Positions 12,561 to 26,179 of a stretch of DNA of 64,000 nt are shown piece by piece. A program made the translations under genes and the position numbers. The notes beneath the pieces were generated by a model that saw only the letters and a list, made by a program, of their open reading frames with translations, did not search any database and was not told where the DNA came from. The stretch covers positions 1,498,236-1,562,235 of the forward strand of contig RDEW01000007.1 of assembly GCA_011109175.1 (NCBI GenBank). Reading direction: 5' to 3'. The stretch is from Dicyema japonicum. Taxonomy: Eukaryota; Animalia; Dicyemida. Positions within the stretch are counted from its first letter, which is position 1. Each line of letters starts with the position of its first letter.

Positions 12561-13889
12561 GCCAAAACCTTAAGTAAAACTCATATGGCCACCATTGAAG
12601 AATTCAATCCCGAGACAAGTCAATCCCGAGACAGATGGTTATCCACTTCGGAGCGTGTTCTGTTCCAGATGAAACCAATTGACGATGATGAGAACGCGTT
12701 CAGCCATGCACTGCTGTGGGGGAAGAAACTGATAGAATGCAAGCCCGACGGTGAAAGTTTTCCGTTTCCATAAGGGTAAAGTGAGCATTTTTGTCTTAAA
12801 TATTGGTCCTATCTTCGATGATAGAACTATCATCGATCTACTAGACTTTCCCTTTTCGTGATCATCTGTACAATGACTTATTCCACGTCTAAAGGAACAT
12901 GTCTAAACTCTATGAGAATTAAGTAAACTCCTTGACGTCTTCAATTGTGGCACTCTATTTTTGAGTCCCTCAATTTCTTATACCACAAATGCTACCAATG
13001 CCTATTCAAATCAATACAAATAATTCACATTTTTTTCAATAATTTTTGCCATTCAGTATTAATATTCTTCTAGTATAAAATAGGGGTACCAAGACGCCAT
13101 AGAATATGAATCGAATTAATTCCAGAGATATTAATAGTTCATCCAATTTAAAGATTAGCCAATTAGCGAGGGTCGACTGAATTCAAAAAAACAGAAACAA
13201 CTTTATTAAACATAAATTCACAGATAAATGAGAGTTATTTAATTAGTCCTGCCTCTATGCACTAGACAATTTGTCAGACAGTTACGTAATCACAGTTCTC
13301 GTAATTAATCGAGCAATCCAACGTTTGTGTCTCCCATTCCCACTGTCGTACAAAAGATCTTTTTCTCATCCCTGCAGAGGAATCCGATTGGAGAGAGGAT
13401 TTTCTTAATTAATCGATTTTTTTGCATTGGAAATGGGCAGGCAAGCAGGTTTCCATCCTCTTCATAAGTCCGAAGGAATCCTCATATGCGATTAAGTGTA
13501 GTTTTTTCGGTTAGTAGGGAATTCAACATCGGATTTTTTATTTTCTCAACACTGTACTTTGTCAACAATATCTTGTCTTAAATTTGAAGAAATTGATTAA
13601 AAAATTTATTCTAAATAAATATAATTAAATTGTGATTTTCAAGAACTCTCATTTGCACAAGGCCTTAGCTAACAAGACATTTAAAGAAAATAGGTTAATC
13701 AAATTCAAAGAAATTAATAATGCCTAGACGGTTATGAGGCAACAAAGAGATGAAAAGTAGTGGTGAAAATAGAATTCGACAATATGGATGTGAAAGGAAA
13801 TTTATGTTAATCAAACTGGAATTAAAAACTAGAAATAATAGTGATTATATGGTATACTCACCCAATCCAGTATTATTTGTTATAGGACA

Positions 13890-14195
13890 TGTTTACCTCA
13901 CCCCTGCCGAGAAAGCATAATGATAGACTGCTATGGACTGCACCCTCTCGCCTGCAAGAGGAGCGCTGACAGATCTCCAAGGCACAAGGTTCTGAATGAG
14001 ATTGTCAAGCGGGCTATGGATGCTGCTGGATACTCGACCATTCTTGAACCGGTCGGGTTGTACAGAAATGACGGGAAACGACCGGACGGGATGACAATTT
14101 TCTTTTTGAAGGCGACAGACACGTTCGCCCAGAACAAAATTCACGAGTGCGCTTCAAGGGCCTTCTCTGCAGTAGTCAAAACGGAGAAAAACTAG
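13890..14195 (+). mobile_element. CRE-clade non-LTR retrotransposon C-terminal (Zn finger/REL endonuclease) fragment (copy B ~46770-47075)
   Basis: DCYGLHPLACKRSADRSPRHKVLNEIVKRAMDAAGYSTILEPVGLYRNDGKRPDGMT matches the CRE-type H.L.C...RH..N..R.L..AG...LEP.GL.R.DGKRPDG.T signature. Confidence 0.8.
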
Positions 14196-14331
14196 ATATG
14201 AAATATATCACAAGTCGGAAGGATATGTTCACAATTACGAAGGAACCCATTATACTGTGGAGAAGCATATCAAGTCGGAAGGATTATTCACAATTACTAA
14301 GAAACCTATTGAAAGCGCAATAGACGAAGGG

Positions 14332-14955
14332 TCAAAATCTCTGGATATTCTCCAAGTTGGACCTGGTACCCACAACAATTGAATCCCTACATTCGAATCC
14401 GGGTCTACACGGAACTTTGTCATCGTGTAGACTTTGATCCCTACAGGACCTGGGACTATCGTAGATGTACATACTAGAGTTGGGACCTACCGGGGGGTAC
14501 CCATACCAAATGTTCCCTACATTCGAATTGGGTTCTACGCAAGACTTTGTTAACCGCATTATTGGTCCCTAGAAGGCGGCTTGGGACTACTGTGGAAAAA
14601 ACATACTGGGGAAGGGACCTACTAAGGGAGAATTAACTGGAGATGGGGTTAGTAGCTTTGTACCTACTACGCTCTTGATATAAGGGCAGGATTCATGGGA
14701 TCCAACACTAGGACGAAATTCAACCAACGATAGAAGATAACTAAATGGAGTGTGGATACATCGGAAGTGTCCAGGCCGCATAGGTGGACACGTATAAATA
14801 TCCTGCTTTTTTGCAGACAAAAGTGAATTTTATAGGTAAAAATACAAAAATACTTTTTTGCTATTTTTAAAAAAAATTATTTTTTCGGTTTCCCTACTTA
14901 TTAGTAATTCTAATAGATTCAACATAAGCAGAATCACCAGCAAGATTGTGTTCAT
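14332..14955 (-). pseudogene. Putative secreted Cys/Pro-rich protein, disrupted (copy B 47214-47837)
   Basis: Hydrophobic start MNTILLVILLMLNLLELLIS at 14955. Internal repeated modules NKVLRRTQFECRE and DKVPCRPGFECRD. Stops and frameshifts present. Confidence 0.4.
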
Positions 14956-15139
14956 TGACTTTTTTTTAAAGATGATGTCTTCCTTAGTGACTAATTTGGC
15001 TGTCATTTAATTTTAAAATAGCGTACACATTTCCAAATTGTGCCTTTGCCATTACATGTTCAAAAAAGTAAATATTGTCAAACCTCTTGAAAATATTATG
15101 ATTAAAAGCACTTTCACACTACTAATAACGTTATAATAA

Positions 15140-17490
15140 CTAAGGTCCCGTTTGAGCCACACGTTTCAAATCTGCTTTACTAGGCGTATGCATCGCCGTC
15201 AACATTTCGCATCTGTGCTTAGATCTTTTAGGTCTTCTGTATATTAAAGTTTTCTTTTAATTCCATTAAGATCCTTGTTCAGAGCCACGGGTAGAGTGAC
15301 TCTGGGTCTTTTTCTGAACGATCGTTTGTTCTCATTAATAAAGTAACTGTCCATTATTATATTTGCAAGAGCGTTTATGTCCATTCTATGCACGTGCCCA
15401 AACAGTCTCCTTTTTGATTAAATAATGTCGATGCTTATTGGCCTCGTATTGTGCTACATGTATAAATCCTTATTTGAAATCTTCTTGGACAACTTAGGCC
15501 CAATAAATTGCGCAGTTGTTTTCGATAAAATATATCCATTTTCTTGAGCTCTGTAGTTCCCATGTGCTAAAGTTGTACATAAGCACCGGTTTTATATATG
15601 CGTTTTATAGTCTTATTCTTAAATTTGCTTGTTATTAGTTTTCGTCCACTTTATATCTTCTGCATTTTCTTTTACATGGCAGTGACTAGAAGTCTTCTAT
15701 ACATCATGTCTTCACTATCACCAAGTGAGGATCCCAATTTTCTTTTTCCCCCAATTTTCATCAATATATTTTAATTCCCTTTGATTCTTATGTGTTCAGT
15801 CTTTATTGATTTACTCGCAAAGATCAATTCTTAAATTCTCCTGGGATTTTTTCTAAAGCAAGTCCAACATCCAGATCATTTTCTGACACAAAATCTATGT
15901 CATCTGTATATATAATCTCCATAGGCATGCATTCATCACACTTTGTTCTAAGAGCTCTCAATCTCGGTTCCAGGTATACGACGAATAGAACCTGAGATAG
16001 AGAGTCTCCCTGATGTATTCCAACTGTTGTCCCAAAAGGATCGATGTTTTTTTCCGACTCGTACAGTTAATTCAGTGTTTGATAATAAGAAACGGACAAG
16101 TCTTGTGTTATCCTCATCAAGAAAACTCGCAGCAAAGTCCAACAATGTTTTTCTGTTCACAGTTTAATCGCACTGGATATGTCCACTCCCAAAATCTTAA
16201 AATCACTTATGTGTCGTTGACACATGGCACATATCCACATGTGAGACCAAACAGCATCTAAGATCAAGCGTCCCTTTCTGAATCCACTCTGTTTCGGCAA
16301 CAAAAATTCGTAAACATCAGAAGATATTCGACTAACGGTTATCAGAGAATATATCTTCCTCAATGTTTCCAGTGATATCACAGGTCTTAGAATTTTATAA
16401 GTCCTTTGCTATTACCTAGTTTATGCAGATGTATCAAACTTCCATCACCAAGTTTCAAGGGGGAATGCGTCTTAAATACCTTATTGAAAATCTTTGTAAT
16501 GAGGGTTATCAGTTCGCCTGGGGCATACTTGATCATTTCTTTATGTATGTTGTCTAATCCCGTTGCCTTGTTGTTTAATTTAATGATTGTCAGATTAGTT
16601 TTCCTCTGTAAAGATCGGTAGATTCAGGCATCTTGGTGATTTCTCAAATGGCTCCAGATATAAGGTTTCATTTCAAAAGTCCTGAAAAATGTTCGGCAAT
16701 AATCTCAGTTTTTTCTTTATTATCCAATACATTTCTTTCTTGACTGTCATGAATACAAATATTCGTAGGTTGAACTTTTCTCTGCAAAAGGCGAACTGCT
16801 CGAAACTTTTGCGTCCGTTTCCCAATTTCTAAATTTCACTGACACGTTTGTCAATTTTCTTGACATAAATTTCTTTCTTCCTCGTTCTAATCTACTTGAT
16901 AATACGATTTCTTTCTCTTTTTAACTCTTCGTATGTATCATTATTTGTACATGATTCCATTCTCTGCCGCTTTTTTTTGTTTAATTGATAATGATCCAAT
17001 TTCGTGATCGATGACACTTTTATATCCTGCCTGCCTCTTTTCCCCAAGCATGTCGAAACTTGCCTTCTTTATTCCACCAACAGTAGCATTCCAAATCATT
17101 TCTATGTGATTTTCCATATGTATGTTTAAAATCTATTTCTTATTTGCCATACACTAATCTTCACACGTCGAGTCACATAAGCATAATTTTTCTACAATAA
17201 AAAGATCCAAATAAGCTCTCTTCTTTTTAGCTCCCTCTATTCCGAAAAATCTTTTCATTCTGAAACGTGCAACCAGCAGTTTATTATCACTATAAGTGAT
17301 GGTGCCTTCATAGCTTCTGGAGTCAGTTAGTAAAGGACGAAGAAATATTTTACACATAACATAATCAATCTGATTGTATATCCGGACATAGTCACCATTT
17401 CCATCTTTTCTGAGTCCAGTCCACGTGGTCTTATGTCTCGCATTGTGGTCGAATGCAGAATTACAAATGAAGTAATCAAACATGTTACAA
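15140..17490 (-). mobile_element. RTE-like LINE (APE endonuclease plus RT), degenerate, copy A
   Basis: FDHNARHKTTW...NQIDYV...SDNKLLVARF; QSGFRKGR; GVDISSA; GDSLS; YTDD; RLFGHVHRMD. Confidence 0.85.
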
Positions 17491-17737
17491 AATATGTCTC
17501 AGAATACTACTGAAATCGTCAAAAAAGACCTTACGGAACGTCACCGGGAAAAATGGCAAAGTCTTTTGACCATCGCCTCGGGCAGCACATCAAACTATAT
17601 ATGAACGCCTTCCAGAGATATGAAAAGAAACCTTCCCCGCTGTGGAGATTATTTCAGGACTCCAAAACAAACCGCAGGAAAATTACTGATGGACACCAGG
17701 ATCACTTATTAGACGATAACTTTTATCTTAATAAAAT

Positions 17738-18435
17738 AACCGGTTTATTGTGCTTGACTAACACCGAGGTACGAATAAAAATGTCTACCTTGATCTGGAC
17801 CCTGGTATTCTCTACTTCAGATTGCATTTATGAGTCCGCAACTTTCTGGTGTGGCAAATGATGTATTGCATAACGGGAGAAGAAAACTCATTACTACCTC
17901 ATTATGCATCTATAGTCATGGTAGTGATGGATCCGCACCGAGTGACTAAATGATTAACCGACATGTTCTTTGACTTACAATGAGTACTTGTATTTGTTGG
18001 TCGAATTCAAATATTACAATGAGTACTTATATTTGTTGTCGAATTCAAAACGCCTTCACATTTACTAGTCCACCATCATCAACACCATACATAGCATACA
18101 AAAAGGTCTGATGGTGCCTAGGTGAGTGGCCCGTGTTTTTTCCGTCGTTATTATGGCGTGTTCATAGACTTACTATCAGGATGTCGTGCATTCTCATAAG
18201 GATACGCTTACTTAGTGGCTAATCAACACAGTTCACGACCAAATTTTTCACCGTGTATAGGTTCTCCTTATTGGATATGGTTTTCTCTCAATACTCCACA
18301 AATCCTAACATCCATCTTTTCATACTCTTTAGACTCAAACTCCACAACAACTATGAGTAATTTAGCAGCAATATATCATACTTATTTAATGCAAGGAACA
18401 AATTCTTTGAATTTAGTAAAACTCTTGCATAACAA
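17738..18435 (-). mobile_element. Internally deleted fragment of the R4/Dong-like family (copy B ~50638-51340)
   Basis: Nucleotide homology to 6097-6290 and 6480-6900 (ccggtttattgtgcttgact..., ccaccatcatcaacaccatac). Confidence 0.85.
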
Positions 18436-18439
18436 TGGT

Positions 18440-18700
18440 GCTCTTCTATTATCTGTGGTGACTTCAATGCGAAGCACGCATTTTGGTTGACAGGACGAAC
18501 GACGAACCCATGACAATAGGGAGAAGATGCTAATTGAGGACCATTACAGTTTATGTATATTCGACGATCCGGCTTCCCATACAAGAAGACCTACTCGACG
18601 TAACGATAAACCTATATCCATTGACATTTCACTGTCAAAACCGTCTTTGTTCCCTCATATTGACTGGTCAGTAAAACATGAGATCACTATTCACACAATA
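18440..18700 (+). mobile_element. LINE APE endonuclease fragment (copy B ~51345-51600)
   Basis: SIICGDFNAKHAFW ... HTRRP...SIDISL. Confidence 0.75.
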
Positions 18701-19339
18701 AATGACATTTGATCACTTTTGTATCTTTTCAATACATGGTTATCCCAAAATGGATTTTCTTATTATTAGGGAGTTGAAGATATTACTAATAAGTACAAAG
18801 GTTCTGGTGATCTCCGTTTGCTGGTTATTCCAGTGAGTTTGTTTGCACTTTTATTGTTTATTAGTTATTTAGTTTTCAAAAAATTAATTTTTAAATTCTA
18901 AAATGATTTAATGGAGACAGACAACACATATAAATTTGAAAAAAAAACATAAAATTACGTGTTGATATAGAAACACGACAGGCAACCTCAAACTATTTGA
19001 AAATTAGTGGTTTTATATATTTTTGTATAATTGTCCCTTAAGCTTTAAAATAAAACTATCACACCAACATCTCTTGTCAGACCTATCCAACAAAGATGAT
19101 TTTAGTCACTCTTCCAGTTGTAATGTTTCCATTAAATCCCCTGGATGCACACTTTTTTATCAAAAAGATAATTCACAGGATTTAAATTTGGTAAAACTTG
19201 AAAAGACCGTTTATTTTGAAAGAAGCAATGTAATTACTGTAGAAAACTGTACACATTAATAAGCCCAAGAAAGATATTGTTTCCAAGGATTTATCTATGG
19301 AAACCTAAGAAGGATGTCTGCAAGATTTGAAGCATAATC

Positions 19340-19682
19340 TCTAAATTCACATCCCCGAACACAAGTTCACGTGCACAGTCTTGAAGTCTCATCTTGTCTG
19401 CAAAATCGACTACCCAAATCAAAGCGTCTGTTTTCTGAAAATAATTCCGCCAATAAGAACGGATTGACTTTTGTCCCCCAACATCCCATACGTTGAGCTT
19501 GAAGCCGTTGCATCGATGGTGATTATGTTAAAGCCCAAGGTAGGAGACACACTATCGATGGACTGATTGCAAAACTTTCTTTTTATTGTCGTTTTTCCAG
19601 CATTGTCCTGGCCTAATACTAGTACTCTCAACTGCTTCTTTTTACGTTTTATTTGACACAATATAGAGTGCAATCCAATCAT
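19340..19682 (-). pseudogene. ARL2: ADP-ribosylation factor-like 2 GTPase, frameshifted and 3'-truncated (copy B remnant ~52240-52482 lacks the N-terminus)
   Basis: LRVLVLGQDNAGKTT...SPTLGFNI, then (shifted frame) [46 protein letters not shown]. The NKxD region was not found. Confidence 0.88.
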
Positions 19683-19789
19683 TTTTATTAAAATTTTAAA
19701 ATTTATTTTTAATACATTAATTAGTTTTATTTTGTTTCTGCTTAACTGTGTACAAAATTATCAATTTTACCATAAAATATTTGATTTGC

Positions 19790-20760
19790 TTGGAGCAAAC
19801 CACCTATCCCGTCTTCATCGAAATCTAACCGTCACTGTATTCACGTCCAACCGCCGCCAACTAAATTTTCAACCAATTTTAACAATTTCATGGAGAACCA
19901 CTCACCGTTACGAAACATCCCAAAATACTTGGAGTTAATTATGACCAATTACTAACTTTCTCCAAACATGTGGAGGACCAATGTACAAAGGCCTCTTACA
20001 AGATCAACATACTTAAAGCTGTGTCAGGCCATTCCTTTGGCCAAAGCAAAGAATCCCTAACCATCATATATAAACAATTCATTCGAACAACTATTAACTA
20101 TGCAAGCCCTTGCTGGTCAACCTCTGCCTCTCTTACTTTTATTGACAAACTACAAAAAGTACAAAACATCGCGCTCAGGATAACTACTGGATGTCTTAGA
20201 TCAACTCCTGTCGATCATCTACATTGGAGTCCAATTGGATACCATCTGGAAATGAGAGCTCTGCAGTTTTTCTCTCAAGCCTACAGTCTAGAACATCCCT
20301 GCCACTCCCTATGCAAACCGCAAAACAAAAGGAAAATTATCATGAAAAACAGTGACCTGTCTCGAATGTTATTATCCATTCCTTCCATCCCCAATGACAG
20401 GAGTCGTCTGAAACAGATACACGATTTTGTTTCTACGAGAAGCATCCGAAGACTCGGTCAACGACCCTCCTCCAATAGACCAATCAGAATCCTCTCTTTC
20501 AAGGGACGTGCGAGTAAACCTGGTTTGTCTACGATGTGGGCACCACCATATCTACCAACATATGATATACTCTGCCCCTTTTGCAACCTCTACGGGCTGA
20601 CAACAAATCACCTATTTTAATGTCATGAATTGGCACACAGCGTTTCTCCACAATGCCGGAACTGACCGATCGATGGGAGCGACAAACATCTGCTGCGTAC
20701 TACTTAATAGCTGCTGGCCTCCTACAAGTTAGTGAGGCTGGGGTTACTTAACTAACTAAT
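19790..20760 (+). mobile_element. 3' part of a Jockey/I-like LINE with (TAAC)n tail (copy B remnant ~52483-52978)
   Basis: KHPKILGV..D, YKQFIRTTINYASPCW, KLQKVQNIALRITTGCLRSTP, LARLRCGH...CPFC...HLFQC; ends in ttacttaactaactaa. Confidence 0.8.
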
Positions 20761-20799
20761 TATTTGTTTATTGGAATTTTTCTACTACAACTATTATCA

Positions 20800-23380
20800 A
20801 TTCTCTTTATTATCTCCAATAGACCGAATCGAAGAATTGAGAGGATTTCTTGAAGTACATTGATCTATAAGGTCACTCTTTTGTCGAATCAGATATTTTC
20901 TTGTATATGTTAAACAGAAACCCTTACGAGACTTATTTGGGGGTATTGGACACTATCTTCCCTTCTCTTACAATTGCCGAAAAATGTGTGTAAAAATAAT
21001 TACAGAGTCAGCTTGACAAAATTAAACTATTTTTGATGTTCTGCATGTCTTTAGTATTATGTTAATATAGAGGTATATGCAAATTAATAAAGAAGGAAGA
21101 AACACACTTCACAATAAAAGAGGTTGCTGAACACATTCAGAAATTGAATTTCGATTATGTGGAATCGGGAAGTATTTATTAAACCCTGGCTTGCTATATT
21201 TGATAACCCCAGCAGAAACAGCCATAACTATTAATCCAAGGAGGGGATTCAAAAGAGAAAGTCTGCTTGTGCTGACCAAATCGATACTCCAATATTACAT
21301 TACAGGCTTCTGCTTAAGAAGAGAGGTGAAGTAGGTCCGCCCTGTTCTATTATCATCGCAGGTCCTACCGTCATAGAGATCACTATATTATGCAGCGGAA
21401 AAGTTTTTTATTCAAAATGTAATCTTCACCAGAGGAGTTGGTCAGGGGAAGGTAGGACCCATGGTATTTATACTTTCCCTTTATCAAATACTCATTTCTC
21501 ACTGATCTTGACATACAAATGCAGATCTCATCCTTTTATACGCTATTTTCAGTCACCATCATTGATTTTCATATTTTCTTATTCAACTATTACAGAAAAC
21601 AAACTTTATAGACAATCTCCTCATCTTTTCCAAAATCAAATAATTCTCTACTTAGAAAAGGAAACCACCTCTCACATCAATATAAGACTGATGGCAGTGA
21701 TTCTTTTGAATCTAAAAAATATTTCACCGAATCTTGAACCTTTAAAGACAGCATCTTCAAAAAAGGCTTTTTTTCTGGTTTTAATATCTTCACTGTAGTG
21801 GCCTTTGTGTCCAATACACAAATAGCAAACTAGGTCCACACTTTTACCGCATTATTAAGCCATCTTTGCCATGGTAATTAAAAGGCACGTGCAGTCTGAG
21901 AAACTTGTAACAGTCATCTTCTCCACTTGCCACTGTTATACGCAAGTTCACGTAGTACATCTAGATCCTATCCCTCTATTAATCGTCTCCCAATCTTTTG
22001 GAGGTCCTTGTCGAGAACCATCGAGAGGGAATCGAGGAGCGTGGGAAGGAAAAAACCTTCCATAATCGGGTTAGCTGGATCCTCCAGGTCAATTCTCAGG
22101 TGTCCAAAGAGCCTCCATCTAGCTTCCGTGATCAATATAGATTGACAACCACTTCATTCTCTCGTACAAAGTTCAATTAGATATTCTGGAGCACCCTCGG
22201 AACAACACTTATCTCAATTGCATTTGATAGAGAGTCCAACTTCTGAGTGGGTCTCTGAGCAAGCTCAGGTGCTCGCGTTGTAAAAACAGTAAAGGTTTGA
22301 CCAACATGTTGTACAATTGTAGTCTCCAGGTTTTCTTCAGTTTTTGCAATGCTGAGTTTTTAATCGTCTTTCTCTTTGCAATATCTTTATGGTCTTCAAA
22401 GAGGGCGCATAATTTACGGTCTTGTGGCGGATTTTGATAGTCCTTGATTCCACTATTTTGAGTTCGGTCACTTCCATTTTGTCCATGTTTACCATAAGAA
22501 GCCATTAAGACAGTCTTTTGGGTATCACTCTCATTAATTGGGTGAATGCTTCTTGTCTTGTGAGAAAAAGTCCATATTAGCTACAACGTCTATTCTCCCT
22601 GCCTCAGTTGCCTGAGTATCGATTCCAGATATATTACAAATATCTTTACCACATGTAGTGTACGATCAGAATAAAATTCAGAGATCTAAAATACGAGTAG
22701 TATTTGTTTTCTAAGTAAATAGATTCAGATATCAACCGTCAAAGCAGCTCATGTATTCTAAATCCTTCTTTCCGATAGCTCAGACTTTTCGTATATATCA
22801 GAGACAAAAACATTATCAACATAAAAATTATTCTAAAGACCAAGGGTAACCAAACTAACTAACTCCTTGATCAGGACTCGTTCCAGAACATGTCTCCAGG
22901 TAACGAAATTGCCCCCAGGGAAAGAATAGTTGGATCCTCTTGATGAGGACCAGGCATTGGGTGTCTCCTCAGTAAAATGTATCCAATGACGCCATCAGAG
23001 GGAAGGAAAATAAATTTTTGACCACACAGGGCCATGCGGCTAAATAAAGGATTATAAATAAGCAATTGCTGTTGTATTTAGGCTGTAGGTATCCATAAAT
23101 ATATTGTAAAGAAGAGAACTCAGAACGGATCCCATCACAGAAAATTTTCTTGCAAATAGAAAACCTTTGATAAATCATAGAATCAAATCGGTGCACTGAA
23201 TGTGCTTCAGTAGTGCATCATGTCAAACACTTGTCGAGTCAAGATGAAAACGTATGTAAGAATTGTCATCCAAAATTAAAAAAAACTTTATTATCTTAAA
23301 GCTTACCATCTCCATGTTTGATAAACCAAATGTACAAAAGACATAAACGACACAATAAAAACAATAATTCACTTTATATA
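20800..23380 (+). pseudogene. FAM91A1-like gene, degenerate and interrupted by an RTE fragment (copy B keeps only the 5' half, ~53020-54100)
   Basis: Colinear motif resemblance to FAM91A1 from recalled sequence: NPYETYLGVLDTI ~ TPFSYYTGIMEDI; EVFIKPW ~ EIAIEAWW; LRLFVY...KG-intron-TRSR ~ WFKLYIY...SKGTRLR; NDAI...TQGHA ~ NDAL...IQGHG. Many stops. Confidence 0.45.
21905..22500 (-). mobile_element. RTE-like LINE 3' fragment
   Basis: RLQLYNMLVKPLL, ITEARWRLFGHLRIDLEDPA, LDKDL, LRELAYNSGKWR. Confidence 0.75.
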
Positions 23381-23400
23381 AATCCCCCATTACTATTATA

Positions 23401-25055
23401 TTAAAAATTGAAGAAAAAATCATTACCACCCCCAAAACCATTCTGAAAATTAAACCTGAAACCTCCAGGAAAACCACCAGGAAAACCACCATGGAAACCG
23501 TGGAATCCCTCTGATTTGGAGGACTCATCCAACGGATCAATTCCAGTATCAAACTGTTTCCTCATTTCTACAATCTCCACCAAAACAACTACCTGGGTCA
23601 CTCAAAACCTCCTTGGCATCAGAAATGTCCTTAAACTTGTTCTCTGCGAGTTCCTTATCATCACCAGAATATGCATCAGGATGCCACTTTTTAGCCAATC
23701 TACGGTAGGCCTTCACTACATCAGTTTTAGTCGCTGATCTACAATCAAACATCCACCAACCTTGGAAGTTCAAGGATATTATAGTAGTCCCTCTTTGATG
23801 CCTGTTTCTTCATCTTCTGACATCTCTGTAAGGACTCTTCAAGTCCCTCAAAATGAGGCTGGTCTCTCTTTATCTTTTGAAAGTCAGTCTCAGCTATCAA
23901 GTCATCCCATCTAATACCCTCATCGAAATCTCCCAAAAGTAAATGAGCTTCCCCGCGGTAGTAAAGAGAAAACAAGTCGTTCGGATCAATTCCTAGTATT
24001 TCTGAGCAAATATCCACAGCTTCCTTGGCCATTTGGGATTCCTACCATGAATAAATAGATTCCACCTTAGATTGACATTCACATTTGGTTTTCTTCCCCC
24101 GTAGTATTACTTGGGGATTGTAGTTTCCATTTAAAATGTTATTATCCACAAAGTTCACACATTTTACCCAGTCAGAGTTCTTTTTGGAGTCTTCAACGAC
24201 CGTCCAAAACCTCTCCAGCTTCTTTAACATCTTGTACTCTTCCATACAATTCTTATGGTCAGGATCGATTCGCAGACACTGCTTAACTTCTCTTAAAGCT
24301 TGTTCTGAGTCCCCCGTATCATAAATAATCCGAACGAGCTTAAGAATGTACTCAGGATCCTCTGGGTTGAGAGAGGAGATTTGTCTGAGGTCTACGATCA
24401 GTTTTCCCATTTCGTTCATGATGTGGTAGCATTCTATCCTGGTCTCATACAGTTTCACGTCAAATGGACAACTCTAGAATTTACACCACGTGTTACTTTT
24501 ATGGGTAGTTCCAAGGCAGCAATGACCTTATCGCATCGTCTATTGGTCAACTCCCTATTCGCAGTTATTATATTGTTTTTGATTTCTTTATTTTTATTTA
24601 TTCATCCTCGACTTTCTCTCCAGCTGCCTCGAGGACCTTATAATCCCTCTCAGAGTCTTCCAAGTGACCGAATTTCCTGTTTAATTCAGCTCGATAATTC
24701 AAAGCCTAATTTAAGTCAGCAATCAAACGGTCTTCTGTCCTGGATTGACCTGAAGGATCTTATTTAGGTCACTCATCATAAGCTTTGATTTCCCAACCGC
24801 CCTGTAAGTGATTAACCTTCCAAAGTAATATTTCGTATTATCTGGCTCAAGCTCTACAAAACTTCAATATTTATAATCAAACCGATGGCTTTCCCGAATG
24901 AACTAATCGCTTCCTGATACTCTGAAGCAGAAAAGTGAGCCATTGCTTTAGCATAGTAATCTTGACCTTCATCTATGGATAGGACTTTTATAAATAAATA
25001 TATGGAAACCAGTTATTATGAATAACAAAATCATATAAGGTTGACTACGTGTCAT
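23401..25055 (-). CDS. DNAJC3: DnaJ homolog subfamily C member 3 (P58IPK/ERdj6): signal peptide, TPR repeats, J domain; 9 exons
   Basis: [18 protein letters not shown]; [18 protein letters not shown]; [49 protein letters not shown]; GF-rich tail. GT-AG introns at 24985-25009, 24854-24882, 24706-24728, 24474-24496, 24042-24065, 23894-23917, 23739-23760 and 23568-23592 restore one frame, apart from one 1-nt gap in an A-run near 24595. Confidence 0.93.
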
Positions 25056-25185
25056 AAATAATTATTTATTTAATTTAAATTATTTATTTCTTAATATTAA
25101 GTTTATTAAAATTAATAGTTGGTAAAAATGTTGAAAGGAAAAAAAGAGAAGGGTCACTTGCGTTGCCAGATGGTATGGTATGAAT

Positions 25186-25470
25186 ATAATTCTTGCCATA
25201 TCCGAGAGCGTTGTGGCAGCTGACCCAAAAGAATGGGCGAGGCAGGTAGTCCTGCAAATACGTAGCAGGCTATCCCGAATGCCCTGGAATGGTTGGCCAT
25301 ACTTGGCGAGCTCTGCAGTGGCAGATTCAGTACTGCTATATCTGTGAGTGTACTCAAAAAAATGGCTGTAGGCAAAAAGGGTACTGGTCTAAAGGGGCGG
25401 GGACCGGATAACCATAACTGTCAAAGAGAGCACGATCACCAGAGCTGTGATACGTTGCAGCTCAAGTATG
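25186..25470 (+). mobile_element. Inverted fragment of the R4/Dong-like element 5' region
   Basis: Near-identical to the reverse complement of ~8600-8880 (aattcttgccatatccgagagcgttgtggcag...). Confidence 0.9.
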
Positions 25471-26179
25471 TGCATCCGGAAAAGATTCATTAATAATTTC
25501 TAGGTTTCATACATCCCGAGGACCACTTTTTATTGGTTTTTCCATCATTAATTTTCGTAGATAGGTCCTTGGAACTTGCTTCACAAACATGCACCACACA
25601 CCACAAGGAATTATCCAAAATCACATTCATCTTATATCTTCTACTTTCTATTAACTTGTGTGCTTAATAACGTAAACTCTTGCGTTTATTTACATGAACC
25701 AGGAAGGCAAATGCTTAATTTTTATTTATTTAAAAACCAAGAATTACTGACAAAACAAAGGAAGGTAGGGGCCGTCAGGTGATCCCGGCCCCATTGAGCA
25801 GCCGCCTCATTTTTACTCGGTGAGTGCCGACACACTTCCTGTATGGAAGTATTCACTTTTCGGAAGTTTAGGGTTTTGGCTGAGCTCCCGTTCTCCTCGC
25901 GAGTTCCTCGAACGAGGTTTGGTTTTAATGACGAGAAGATCTTTGTAGGGTTTTCGTTACTGTCTCTTGGAAGAAGTTTAATTTCTTTAGATTGGTGTGA
26001 AATATGTTAGTACCCCATGCCGCGCAGCAGTAACTGATTGACGGAAGCATATACCGATCATACAATTATTTCGAAGGTAGTAAGTTGCTTATTATCCAAG
26101 AAGGTTCAATGCGTGTTCTAAAGCTAAATGAATTGCGAAAAAAAATTTAACTACGTTACAGACTCATTTCACAAAAATC

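Noticed and set aside
11660-12850. Coding-like fragments (LCRAIDGSLQ..., LSHFGACPVPYG...ALLWGKKL)
   Set aside because: No family could be assigned; short and disrupted.
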